Of a stretch of DNA of 64,000 bases, positions 9,249-21,500 are shown in pieces. This DNA is from Epithemia pelagica (Eukaryota; Protista; Bacillariophyta). The notes under the pieces were generated by a model. The model searched no databases. It had not been told where the DNA came from and was given only the letters and a program-made list of their open reading frames with translations. The stretch's first letter is position 1; each line of letters begins with the position of its first letter. Made by a program: the position numbers and the translations under genes. The stretch is from contig OX337228.1 of NCBI GenBank assembly GCA_946965045.2, forward strand, positions 248,001-312,000. The letters run 5' to 3'.

Positions 9249-10817
9249 ATGGAAACGATAGCTGACTTCCTCAGACTTGGAGCAGCTGCTAACAAAGAAG
9301 ACTCTGACTCTTCAAGAATTCCAGGCTGGTCCTCTGACGAATCAAGCTTAAGTAGTATTGAAACAATGAGTACTAAGGTTGTTATAAACGGAGAAGAGGT
9401 TGAAGTGAACACCAGTGCCACTCCGTCCCAAGATGTGGAAACAGCCCTGTTCAAGAAAGAAGACCGTGAAGGAATGGGCGCAGAGAAGCGCCAAGAACTG
9501 TTCTCGAAGGCTGCCGCTTCGACCCCTGCCAAATTCGATCTGCTCTCAGCCAATATCACAGACGTGAAACAGCTGGAAGAGTGTTATAATCTTAACTTGA
9601 TGGTTTCCCGTCTTAAGAGTCAACATATCATCTATGATATGCACGACGTGTTCACGATTGTTACCCCCGATGGTACAGGACCAGACCTCAAGTCAGACGC
9701 TCCTCCGAAAGACTTATATACGTACTATGGAGAGCTTTCTGAAGAAGACGTTGCTGCCAGTAATGAATGGTACTCAACTTGGCCAAGAAAGTCCTGGTAT
9801 CGTGAAAATTTGATGCTCACGGCGAAGCAACTTGAAGCAAGCATGAAAAATGCCCTTTGGACGAAAGTCTATGAACGGTATAAACGGTATAAAACCGAGC
9901 AACAAGGAGGTCCCTTACTTTTCGTCATCATGATGAAACTACTTGTTACCCACTCGGAACAAGCTACGAAGACGCTAGTAGATACTGTTGAGAATCTTAA
10001 GATCTCTAAAGTTCGCGGTGAGAACGTCTCGAAAATTGTGAGCCTTATCCTTGGCGCACACGAGCGATTGGAAGCTATTGCGAATGTCCCCGACGACTTC
10101 TCTAAAACTGTTCTAAAAGTCCTACAGACTAGTTCTGTGGATCAGTTCAACAAAGTCTTTGAACTAATCGAGAGTCAAGCACGAATCGCCGGTGCTCTGT
10201 CACGATCTACACCCTCTACCCAAGCTCAATTCGAGATCCCTTCTGTTGAAGCCTTGTTGGATCTAGCCGAACAAGAGTACCTCTCATTGTGCCGTTCCAA
10301 CGACTGGACGGGCATCAAGACACGAGGAAGTCCCTCGACTTTCACAGCTGGTGGTACCAAGACTGATTCTGGTGGCCGCAAGTGGAAGCCCGTCTGTTGG
10401 AACTGCGGTGGCGAGCATACGATCAAGGACTGTCCCAAGCCCAAAAATGAAGCCTTGATCGAAGCCAACCGCCAGAAGTACAATGCCAAGAAGAAAGCTC
10501 GCGAGAATGGATCGGGTGATCGTTCTCGCACCTCCACCAAATGGCGACCCCCATCGTCCGACGAGAACGGCAAGCGAGTCATTGATGGCAAGACCATGTA
10601 CTGGGATGCCTCTTCCAAGCGTTGGAACAAGACTCAAGGGAATGTCGCGACTGATGGCGACACCACTTCAACCGACAAAACCACCCAAGTGCGAATTGCT
10701 GGCGCTACTGCCAATGTTGCCTCCACTGGAACCACAGGAACGACGAATGCCCAATCTCGTCGCGTACTTGAACGCACCCTGGAGTCTTTGATGACCCAGG
10801 TGCAAAACCTCTCTTGA
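9249..10817 (+). CDS. gag: Gag of copia element 1 (522 aa)
   Basis: ATG at 9249; CCHC knuckle CWNCGGEHTIKDC; lies between the PBS and pol. Confidence 0.85.
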   Translation: METIADFLRLGAAANKEDSDSSRIPGWSSDESSLSSIETMSTKVVINGEEVEVNTSATPSQDVETALFKKEDREGMGAEKRQELFSKAAASTPAKFDLLSANITDVKQLEECYNLNLMVSRLKSQHIIYDMHDVFTIVTPDGTGPDLKSDAPPKDLYTYYGELSEEDVAASNEWYSTWPRKSWYRENLMLTAKQLEASMKNALWTKVYERYKRYKTEQQGGPLLFVIMMKLLVTHSEQATKTLVDTVENLKISKVRGENVSKIVSLILGAHERLEAIANVPDDFSKTVLKVLQTSSVDQFNKVFELIESQARIAGALSRSTPSTQAQFEIPSVEALLDLAEQEYLSLCRSNDWTGIKTRGSPSTFTAGGTKTDSGGRKWKPVCWNCGGEHTIKDCPKPKNEALIEANRQKYNAKKKARENGSGDRSRTSTKWRPPSSDENGKRVIDGKTMYWDASSKRWNKTQGNVATDGDTTSTDKTTQVRIAGATANVASTGTTGTTNAQSRRVLERTLESLMTQVQNLS

Positions 10818-10907
10818 TGGTGTGGCCGTCGACGTCCTGTCGATGTAGGCCTCTTTTTCCCGATAACCTCATCTCCCAGGAGGGATACCTGGGTTGATTT
10901 AGTTTGG

Positions 10908-13900
10908 TTGTTGTTTTGTGTTTTTTTGAGCGTGTTTTTCTCCTTGCATTTCTGTTCAATGATGCCCTTGGCCTTATCTTTCGTCGCAATCTGGTTGCGA
11001 GAGGGAGGTCCGCGTGGTGGCTATTCTTCCTTCCCTTATGCCACCTTTGGTCCCAACCAGATGCAACGACGACGACGGCGTTACAAGACTCGAATTTATC
11101 ACGTGCGACGCCGGTTTACTACTAATATAATGGCCTTTGACTGCACAACGGATTCAACGGTTACATGGGCTGGTATGATTGACTGTCAACGGACCCCTTT
11201 TACTAAGGCCCGAGTGCCCTCTGTCCGAAGACGCGCGAGGCGAGACAAGAAACGAGCGCGAAGGCGACACAAGAAAACTACCAGACCAAAGAAAACTACG
11301 CATGACACCTATGATTTCAACTTCCAAGGCATCTATGTCCCTACAACATGGACAATACAAGACGAGCCGCCTCTAGATCCAACATCAGAGCGACTATCTC
11401 GTTGGTTTGGGTCAGCTGAGGAGCTTCAGTCTGCAATTTGGAAGCCATGGCTGAGCAAGGGGCCGGATCCATTGGCCCAGTTTCGTGCCATTCGAGCATT
11501 GAGTGGCTCCACATTCTCAAGATCTCGATCACCAAAGCAACGAATGCAGCAAGCAATGATTGCCGCTGCCAAGTTAACCGGAAACTTGCCTCTTCGAACT
11601 GATCCTGAGTCCTTGTTGCCACCAGCATTGCAGCATCGCATGTCTGTCTATCTCAATGCAGCAGACGATGCAGACCTGCCCGTGGTGATCGATACAGGAG
11701 CATCCACATCGTTGACTCCTCGACTAGAAGACTTTGATGGACCACTCAAAGAGTGTGAGACCACTGAGCTGAATGGTTTATCCAGCACAACAGCCGTGGT
11801 TGGAGTAGGAATGGCTGCCTGGACGTTAAGGGACGTGTTTGGTGTGGTCCGAACCATCCGAACACGGGCCTACTACGTTCCAGAGGCGCAAATACGCCTG
11901 TTTAGCCCCCAAACGTACTTCCAAGAGCAAGCTAAAGGCGAATTGTTGGTAAATGCCTTTCGTTCTCGATTGACTCTTCACGATGGGAGCGAACTGGAGT
12001 TCCCCTTTCATCCCAACAGTAACCTCCCTTTGATGCTCTCTGGACGGCAAACCAAGATGGGCCTTGCCTTCGAAGACGTCATGGCCTTATCCAAAGAGTT
12101 TGATTGTCGTGGTCTCATGTCAGTGGCGGATGAAACAAATCAGAATGTCACCCAGGCACAGAGAGAGCTATTGACCTGGCACTGGAAGTTAGGTCACGCT
12201 AATTTTGAGTGGATCCAGGATTTGTGTCGCGATCCTAAAACGGATCGACGTCGAATTCTCCACACGAAGCATCGACAAGTGTCAAGTTGTCCTGTCAATG
12301 GTTTGCGTTGCGCAGCTTGTCAATTGGGCAAACAGAGGCGTCGTGGTGCTAATACCCAACATACGAACACGAAGGATGGTCGTCACATGGTCACTCGGTC
12401 AGAGAATCTTCGACCAGGTGACTGCGTTAGCCTTGACCAGTATGACTCGACGCTAACTGGCCGTCTCCCTCACACCAGAGGAAAGGAACCCAAGAAAGAT
12501 CAGTACACTGGCGGTACATTGTTTATAGATCATGCTACAGGATTAATGCATTGTGTACATCAAGTCTCCCTAAACACTGGTGAAACCATCGAAGCCAAAC
12601 TTCAATTCGAACGGTTTGCACAGGACCATGGAGTTACAGTCAAGTCGTATCTGGCGGATAATGCCCCTTTTGGCAATACCAAGTTTGTGGACGCAGTGAA
12701 ACATGCTGGTCAGTCCCTGTCGTTTTCTGGTGTGGGGGCCCATCACCAAAATGGTGTGGCCGAGCGTGGCGTCCGTACAGTAACCTCTTGGGCCCGTACT
12801 ATGATGCTGCACGCAGTATTGCATTGGCCGGAGCACGCCCATGACCTAAGTCTATGGCCCTTTGCTCTCAATCATGCTATCTGGTTGTGGAATAATCTTC
12901 CCAAGCGAGGTTCCTTTATTGCCCCGCTGGAATTATTTACCGGAACAGTCTTCCCTACCTTGGCCCATCTACATCGGAGCCATGTTTGGGGTTGCCCAGT
13001 GTACGTTTTGGACCCGAAGATCCAAGACGGGAAGAAACTTCCCAAGTGGTCGCCTCGTGCCCGTCGAGGGCAATATCTCGGAGTCTCTCCCGACCATTCT
13101 AGCACGGTGGGCTTAATTCTCAATATTTCTACCGGCTATGTGAGTCCGCAATATCACGTCGTCTACGACGACCTCTTTTCAAGTGTCCCTAACGCCGAAA
13201 CTGGCGGTGTCCTACAACAAGACATGTTCACAGGGTCCTTTTGGGACCATCTTGTGGCCTCTGGTCTGGAGCGGATTGACGATGGCGATTTTGACGACGA
13301 ACAGCCGCAGCCACCATCCCTTCACCACGACTGGCTCACCCCTGAGGAAGCCGATGCTCTTCTCCATCAACAAAACGACGCAGCTCGGATCAATCCCTTA
13401 CCTTTGCCTCCTCCCCCCATCCCTGTTCCAGAGGGAGCTGCTGCTCCAGAGGGAGCTCTGGTGCCCTTGGCTCCAGAGGGAGATGACGACAGTGAGATTC
13501 AACTGGATGGAGACCCCATTTTCCCTCACCTCTTTCCTTTGGATAACGTGGAGCCAAATCCACCAGCCGCTCCTCCAGATGACTTGATTCAACCTTTGGT
13601 GGTGGATGGAATGTGGGACGGTCCCAACAACTCCACCATCGACTCTGGAGACGAAATTGTAATCTTTGAGCACGAGGAACAGGATGAGGAAGACCCAGTT
13701 CGCGCACAAGAGAAGTCAAGACGTGCGCAACATTTGGAACAACCAGACGAGATGCACTTTGGTCGTGGAAAGCGCGCACGCAAACCTAATCCTAAGTACG
13801 CCTCGTACTCGCGTGAACGTTGGAAGGAGCACGCGTTCTTTGGTCATGATGATTATGCGCGACTAAAGGTAAAGCGTGACTGCTTAAACGATTCATTCCT

Positions 13901-15669
13901 GGCAGGACTTGACTGGAATTCAACCATCCGTGATCTCAAATCCACACAGTCAACGCTGATGAGTCGCATGATGGACATGAACACCAACCCTAAGACAGGA
14001 ACTGTCGAGGCTATGCATCCAATGGTACTGATCACCAAGGCCGATGCAGCAGATAACCCCAGATGGAATGAAGCCATGAGCGGTCCAGATGCCGCTGGCT
14101 TCATGGAGGCATGTAAAAAGGAAATAGACACGCTATTCCGCCTCATGAAGGCTTGGATAGTCGTCGATCGCCAACCTTGGATGAACGTAATCCCATCTAC
14201 ATGGGCCTTCAAAAGGAAGCGATTCCCTGACGGCTCTGTCAAGAAACTAAAAGCAAGATTTTGCGCTCGAGGAGACTTTCAAGTGGAAGGAGTGGACTTC
14301 TTCGATACCTTTGCCCCAGTGGTAAACTGGACCACAGTCCGCTTGATGCTCATCCTATCTATTATCCTAAACCTCGCCACAGTGCAGGTAGACTACACCG
14401 CGGCATTCCTTCACGCCCCAATTGATCGTGATCCCAAATGGGACTCAATGACACGTCAAGAGCGTGAAAGAAGCGGTGTCTACGTCGAGATGCCCAGAGG
14501 ATTTGGACAAGACGGAAAGGTACTAAAACTACAACGATCACTGTACGGGCTGAAACAAGCCCCACGGAATTTCTTCCAACATTTCAAAGGGCAGTTGGAA
14601 CGAGTCGGCTTTGTTGCCCAGGACTCGGTTGATCCCTGCCTATTTATCTCAGACAAGGTAATAGCGGTAGTCTATGTCGACGACACGCTATTTTACAGTC
14701 CCAAAAGAGAGTACATCGATGAAGTACTTGATAAACTCAAGAAACAAGAGAACGCTTAGCTCGATGTTGAAGACAGCGTGGCTGGATTCTTGGGCGTCCA
14801 TATCGAACGTGACGAGACCCAAGGAACAATCAAATTGACCCAACAAGGTCTGATTAAGAGAATTCTAACTGCCTTACAAGTTGGTGACTTGGACCGAAGC
14901 TGTACCCCAGCTTTATCTAAGCCCCTTGTAGAAGACAAGAATGGAGATCCCCCACAAGGTAGATACAACTACGCAAGTGTGATTGGGATGCTTCAGTATT
15001 TACAAGCGCACAGTCGCCCCGACATCACCTATGCGGTGAGTCAATGTGCACGCTTTGCCTTTAGCCCAAAGAGGTCACATGAGCAAGCCGTTGAAAAGAT
15101 TGGTCAGTACCTTAAGCACACGCAAGATCAAGGACTGATCCTTAAGCCCTCCACGAATCTGGACATCGACTGTTTCGTCGACGCCGATTTCGCTGGTTTG
15201 TGGCCCTATGAAGAAAAATTGGATTCGACCTGTGTGAAAAGTCGCACGGGATTCGCTATCTGTTTGGCAAATTGCCCCATGGTCTGGACAAGCAAATTAC
15301 AAAGTTCAATTGCCTTGAGCACGATGGAGGCCGAATACAACGCATTGAGTGAGTCGTTGAAGTCGGTCCTACCATTACGAGAGCTGTTGACCCACGTTGC
15401 AGAAGGAGTTGGGCTCAGCAAAGAATATACAACAACATTTAAGACGACAGTCTGGGAAGATAACATGGGAGCCTTGACTTTGGCCAACCTAGAACCTGGA
15501 CGGATCACACAAATACTACGCAGTGAAGATGCATTGGTTTCGACAACATATTAGCGATCGGTTGCGAGTCGTCAAAGTTGATACGACACAACAGCGCGCC
15601 GACATTCTGACCAAAGGTCTCACCCAATCCACGTTTGAGCACATTCGGAAGCTCCTCTGTGGATGGTGA
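10908..15669 (+). pseudogene. pol: Pol of copia element 1 (protease, integrase, RT, RNase H), with a premature stop and a frameshift
   Basis: IDTGAS, WHWKLGH/CAAC, HHQNGVAER, KARFCARG, YVDD, DADFAG, STMEAEY. In-frame TAG at 14757-14759 inside RT. Frameshift at ~15510; the shifted frame continues KYYAVKMHWF...ADILTKGL...CGW* to 15669. Confidence 0.92.
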
Positions 15670-15730
15670 CCACCAAATCTATTCTCACAATTCACACCTT
15701 TAAAGTCCATTATCTCATCCGTGTTCGGCT

Positions 15731-15739
15731 GAGAGGGAG
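15731..15739 (+). other. Polypurine tract
   Basis: GAGAGGGAG immediately 5' of the 3' LTR. Confidence 0.8.
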
Positions 15740-15908
15740 TGAAAAGGGTGCGACCTAATGGAGACTAGCCTAGAGCTGACTCACAAGGTCCTACGTCACC
15801 TTACCCAACCAGCCTCACACTTGGACTGACGCACTACTTGCATATCTTTTAGGAACGTACGAACTAGTTAATCTCCTATCATAATTTTCCCAATTCATCC
15901 CCTTTTCA
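15740..15908 (+). repeat. 3' LTR (169 bp)
   Basis: Near-identical to 8886-9054. Confidence 0.97.
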
Positions 15909-17938
15909 CGACGGTTTCACTCGCTTCCACCACCTACGGAACCGCAGCAATGGATTGGTCGAGCTTCGGCCGAACGAGTCGTCAGTGAAGTTGTTTTGCG
16001 AAATTTCCATCAACGATCATCGACGAATCATGCCGATTTCACATTCCTGGTCGCCTAGGGGCATGTCCGGAGTGGGAAGACTCGCACCGGAATGGAAACA
16101 CCCCGAATCGTCCAGAATTTTTGCGAGGAGGAGCTCACTCGCAATACGAACACCGCAAAGCCAGTCTACCTCCGAATTGATTTCCTCAATGGTGCTCGAT
16201 TTAACAGGCAGTTTGACTCCCCTTCTCGGTCCATCAGCGAGGCACTCGGGGCTCGTCTCATTTCGGCCTTTTATGAAACAAACGCGTTGCAGAACGGTGT
16301 GACTCACGATGTTGCGCTCCAGCACATTGTCACGCACATTAGAAATACTCACCCAGATCGTAATTTGATTGTCCCGATTGTGATCCACTTTGATGAGCAT
16401 GGGGCTTTTATTGACGACATGAACAAGGTTGTCTCGAATCGCGGTCAACCTGGAAAGGACTATTTTCTTGGTATGCTCCAGTTGATTGGATCTGCCGCAA
16501 CTACAAATGAAGGATATCTCTCTGCCTATCACAAAATGGGTGCCTATTTTCTTGTTCCGATTACGACAGGAACCTCTTATTCGGCTGCAACTTTTGATAG
16601 AGCGAGCCGCTACAAGATTTGGCCAGTCCCCCTACCTGTATTCCGATTACGACAGGAACCTCTTATTCGGCTGCAAATTTTGATAGAGCGAGCCGCTATA
16701 AGATTTGGCCAGTCCCCCTACCTGTATTGACATTTGACGAATCCCTGTTGTTGGCAAACTCTTGTTTGGAAGTGACGGGCCTGGAGCCTGACGAGATTCG
16801 GACCACGTTGAACGACGCCATGTTCCGAATCGCGTTGGGTGACACGGGTGGGCTTCCGGGCCTCGTTTTCTTCTTATCGACTAGGAAGCTACGAGACCTA
16901 TCATACGTGGAGCACCTACACAATCGAACCAAGTCTTACATTGCCGGAAATTGGAATCATCGGTGGGCAGCTCTAACCTCAGTCTGCTTGGCACGACCGC
17001 GCGTGACAAATACAACGGTCCTCATGACAGAATACAAGCACCCAACTTTAGCAAGCGTCTTGTACGGCACGAGAGATGATTTTCTAAAAGTGCATCCAAG
17101 TTTAAATCCTGACATGGCTGCGATTGCCTACACTGTTCAAGACGCTTTGGATGGAGGGACAGTATTTTGGCAAGCGGATGGAGAAATCGGCCTAGCACCA
17201 GCTCTTCTTTCCAAATTCAATGGCGGAGAAGGAATGTTCAACCCAATCCTCACTCGACAAATATCGTCGTCACAAGAATGGACATGGCAATATTTTGAGT
17301 CGGCCCATTTGCTCTACCTTGCCGCGATCATGGCCGCTCTTGTGAAGGAAAGGAGACGTTTCAGCAACATTACACTTGGAACGCTTCTTCGAAGTTCGAG
17401 TCCCCGTGAGTCCAGTATCCTCTCTGAAGCGTTGCAGCTACCAGATAATTTTAATGGCGGCAATGTCACAAAGGACGGAACGCAATGCATCCCAAGAAGC
17501 AATGCAAAGAAAGGAAGCCAAATGAAGGTTTCTCTCGACGATTTTGAAACTGTACATCTGGCCATGGAAGGGACACCAATTGTCGACGGCTACCTTAATT
17601 TACGTCTTGGGGCAGCGTTATCATCGGACATTGCCACCAAGACATTGTTTATTCAATACAAGCACAACGGACTTGAGAGTCAATCATCCGCCGTACATAT
17701 TTCACATATGAATCGCGAAGTCAACAAGCTGGCGGTCCGTCTGAATAAACATGGATGGCCGCAGGGCCGAGGGTGGATCTTTCTGTGGGTCACAAACCGG
17801 AATGTTGTACAAGACTGTGTTCCAGATCAACGTCTTCTTTGGGTGGACAAGACCTCGCTCTCGAAACATGCCCCTTTGCTAGGAACTCGAGGCTTGGTGC
17901 CCTTGCAACAGCTACGGGACGTGGATCACAAGGAATGA
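15909..17938 (+). pseudogene. NTPase-nuclease gene copy 1, 3' part (frameshifted by an 86-bp duplication)
   Basis: Colinear with 28698-30890; ORF pieces at 16092-16730 and 16619-17938. Confidence 0.92.
16555..16726. repeat. 86-bp tandem duplication causing a frameshift
   Basis: TTCCGATTACGACAGG...CCCTACCTGTA at 16555-16640 and 16641-16726; single-copy in the other paralogs. Confidence 0.95.
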
Positions 17939-18067
17939 AATCAATCGCTTGGAGATTAAATCTATCTGGTTTGCTCCCCACTGAGATTGTCCTTGTTGTC
18001 TTTCAAGTGCCCCAAGTGTCGTTGCGACAATTGTTTTATGGATCCAGCTTCCCGACGAGACGGTCGA

Positions 18068-18346
18068 TGTTGGAATCTTCAATTGAGTCGCTCTTCATGT
18101 CGTGGTCCCGAATCAAGTCAGTCGCACAACGAGACATTGGGATGCAAACCGCATGGGAGGCGGTTATAGTTCATCTAGGTCTTGGACCATCTCGATCTCA
18201 TCTGGCATAACAACATCCTCATAATCCTAGTCGTAATGCTCACTCTTTCTAAATCACTCAGTTTCGAAACCCTTTTGCATTACTTCTACGATTACCTTGC
18301 TTCTGTGCACAGAGGAGACCATCAGGGCCAATCTAGTGATCCAACA
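18068..18346 (+). repeat. 5' LTR (279 bp)
   Basis: TGTTGGA...TCCAACA termini. Confidence 0.97.
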
Positions 18347-18567
18347 TACTAGCTAGTATCGGTGATTGCTTCATTGGTCCCCTTATCGATCGAAAGAGCG
18401 AAACTCGTGAGCTCGGGATCAAGAAATCTGACGCTGTTGAATTGCTGAATCGAAAATCGGGACAGGAGTCTATCAGAACCACCAAGGTTTGAGCTCTCTG
18501 ATCGTGTGTTGTTGCTTTGTCGATTGTTTAACTGACATCATATCTATCTCATATCAATCATATCAAA

Positions 18568-21500
18568 ATGGATCTTTCAAGTAGCGACAAGACCTCAACT
18601 GCGATCAAGGTACCAACCTTTTCGGGAAAGAAGGCCGATTACCCCATTTGGTGGATGCGCTTCCGTTCTCATGCTCGTGTCCACAACTTCATCGGAGCTT
18701 TGTCCGATGCACCAGAGAAGGAACTCCCAAGCACCGAACACGAATCAATTGACGAGTCGACAGACAGCGGAAAAGCCTCCAAGAAAGCACTGAATCGAAA
18801 CGCTATGGCTGTTGCTTGCCTTAGCATGGCACTCCAAGCCGATGACGATTTGAAACTCGTAATGAAATCCATCACATCTGACTGGCCAGGTGGTCGTGCT
18901 CACATCATCGTGAAAGGATTGTTCCGAAACTACAAAAGCGAAAACATTGCCGCCAAGATGCGAATCCGACAAGATGTGAACAAGATCTCCATGAGCAATA
19001 CCATGAACCCCAAGATTCTTCGCAAGAAGATATCGCAGATTGAGAATCGCCATAACCATGAATTGGCTGACGACGATCTGGTAGCTATCGTGATTGAGAA
19101 AGCCGCACCGATCTACAGCACCATTGTTGCAACCGAACAGCGAGCAAAGGGAAGTGCCCTCACTGCAGATGACCTCATAGACGCGATGATGACTCAATGG
19201 AATCTACATCACGACGAAGATGATGATGGCGAGGATGGCACTGAATCAAGTCTCGATCAGTCCGCCAGTGGTGGATTGTCACTTCAAGTCACTCAAACAA
19301 ATCCCGTCTGTCAAGCAGTTGGCGATCCCAATAGTGTTCCTCCACAGCCATTTGTTGTGTGCAATTTCTGCCAAGAACCAGGACATGGGTATTATCAATG
19401 CCCTCTTCGATCCCAAGCATCACAACAAGGAACCGGTACTGCATTGGCCGTTGGACCAGGACAGCAACAATACCAGCAACAACAAGGATATCGCCCATAC
19501 AACGGACAACAACAAGGCCAATGGCGACAGCCATATCAACAAGGCGATCGTCCACGTCCATACTGTGAGGATTGCAAAGTGTACGGCCATTCAACGCAGC
19601 GTTGCTGGGAGAATCCAGCTAATGCGCAATTTCGCCCACCCAATTGGACAAGTCGTCGCAATCGCCCTCAACAGGCTCCATCTCCAAGTCCTCCAACCAG
19701 TACACCAGCTCAAGACATCGCTACTGTTGTTGCGTCTAACACCACAACACGTCCGACAACTCCAACCACTCCCAATGGACAGTCGACCCCATCATCAGAA
19801 ACCCGTGTTGAGATGCTCATGAGCGGCATCGAATTTCCACATGACTTACAACTCCTTCGTGATCCCAACATCTGGATCGCGGATACTGGTGCTACACAGC
19901 ACATGACTTCTCATACTCGTGGAATCATCAATCTCCGACGACCAGAAGATCCTGTCAGTCTTGTTATGGCCAATGATACCACAGAGAGCGCAACGGTAAT
20001 CGGTGACTTACCAGGCATATGCTGCAACAAATACGGCTGCGAATTGCGGTCTGGTCAAATGTCCGGTGTCAATATCTTACCATCTGCTGCTTTCAACCTG
20101 TTTAGCATCTCCAAGATGCTTAAACAGGGATGGTCCTTGAGTGGTTCGTCTGAAGCAATCATAATCACCAAGGGAAGTATGAGTGTGACGTTCGACATTG
20201 TAATACCGACACCTGACGGAATGATTTTCTGTTTGTATTTCAAGCGCAAACAAGAACTTACCGATCATGAGATTTTCGGAGCATTGCCTGACATCGGTCC
20301 CAAGAAACGACAAACCATGTCACTCCAGGACGCCCATGACAAACTTGGCCACATTGACATCCGCAAGATCAAACCAATAGTGGAACACCTTGGTTTTCAG
20401 TTGCAATCTGGAGAGATGGAGAAATGTGCTGCTTGTGCTGCTGGCAAAGCTCGTCGTAAGAATCTTCCTCGCTCTGACACTCATGCAAATTCCGAACCAG
20501 AAGATCCAAACATCAATCGCATATACCTCGACATGAGTTCTGTCCGTCCCATCAAATCGCATCCAACACCACGCAAGAATCAATGGCGAATGATTGTTCA
20601 TGGCAGGACTCAACTAAAATTCTCAGCATTCTACGAGTCTAAGAAAGCAATGGTCGAACCGACTTGTGAATTTCTTCATCGATGGGAATCTAATGGGCTT
20701 GGGGCGACTCATGTGCGTCTCGATAATGCCGGTGAAAATATTCTTCTTCAGTCGCGTAGTCAGTCTGCCGACTGGAAACTGAACCTTAACTTCGAATTCA
20801 CTGCGCGTAATACCCCGCAACAGAACTCGCTTGCGGAAGTTGCAATTTCTACCATTGCTATGCGAGGTCGAGCCATGATGCATCGAGCAAATGTACCTAT
20901 GGAATATCGCAGTCTATTGTGGACAACTGCCTTCGACACTGCCACATTATTAGATGGACTTGTAGTAATCGAACTGGATGGAGTCTCTAAAACACGATAC
21001 GAGCACTGGAGTGGGCAATTGCCCCGATTTGCGCATCATCTACGCACGTGGGGAGAAGCCGGAACTGTCAAAACTGCTACGGATACTACACAGAAGCTAG
21101 AAGACAAAGGGACCCATTGTATCTTCGTCGGCTACTGTCGCGATCATGCCGGGGATGTTTACCGCATGTTTAACCCCCATACCAAGAAACTTCATGTGAC
21201 TCGCGATGTAATCTGGTTGCGACGGATGTATTTTCTCCCACCGGAAAATCCACCACACTTGATGATCACTCCTCTACTACCTCCTAATTCCGACTGTGAT
21301 TCAACGTTGCACCTCGAAGGCGCAGACGACGCATCTAATCGATCTAAGCCCTTTATTGAAGAGATTGAAGACGATTCTCCCAACCAAAATATCGAGGACA
21401 CTCCAATGGTCGAGACCATTGATCAAGCGACCGACGCAGATGAAAATGTGAGCGCAATCACTTCTGCTACACCTCGACAACATCAAGTCACACGCACAGG

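Larger units (their letters stand above)
8886..15908 (+). mobile_element. Ty1/copia LTR retrotransposon (CoDi-like), full length but defective
   Basis: 169-bp LTRs; TSD CGACG at 8881-8885 and 15909-15913; PBS, gag, PR-IN-RT-RH domain order and PPT. Confidence 0.97.
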
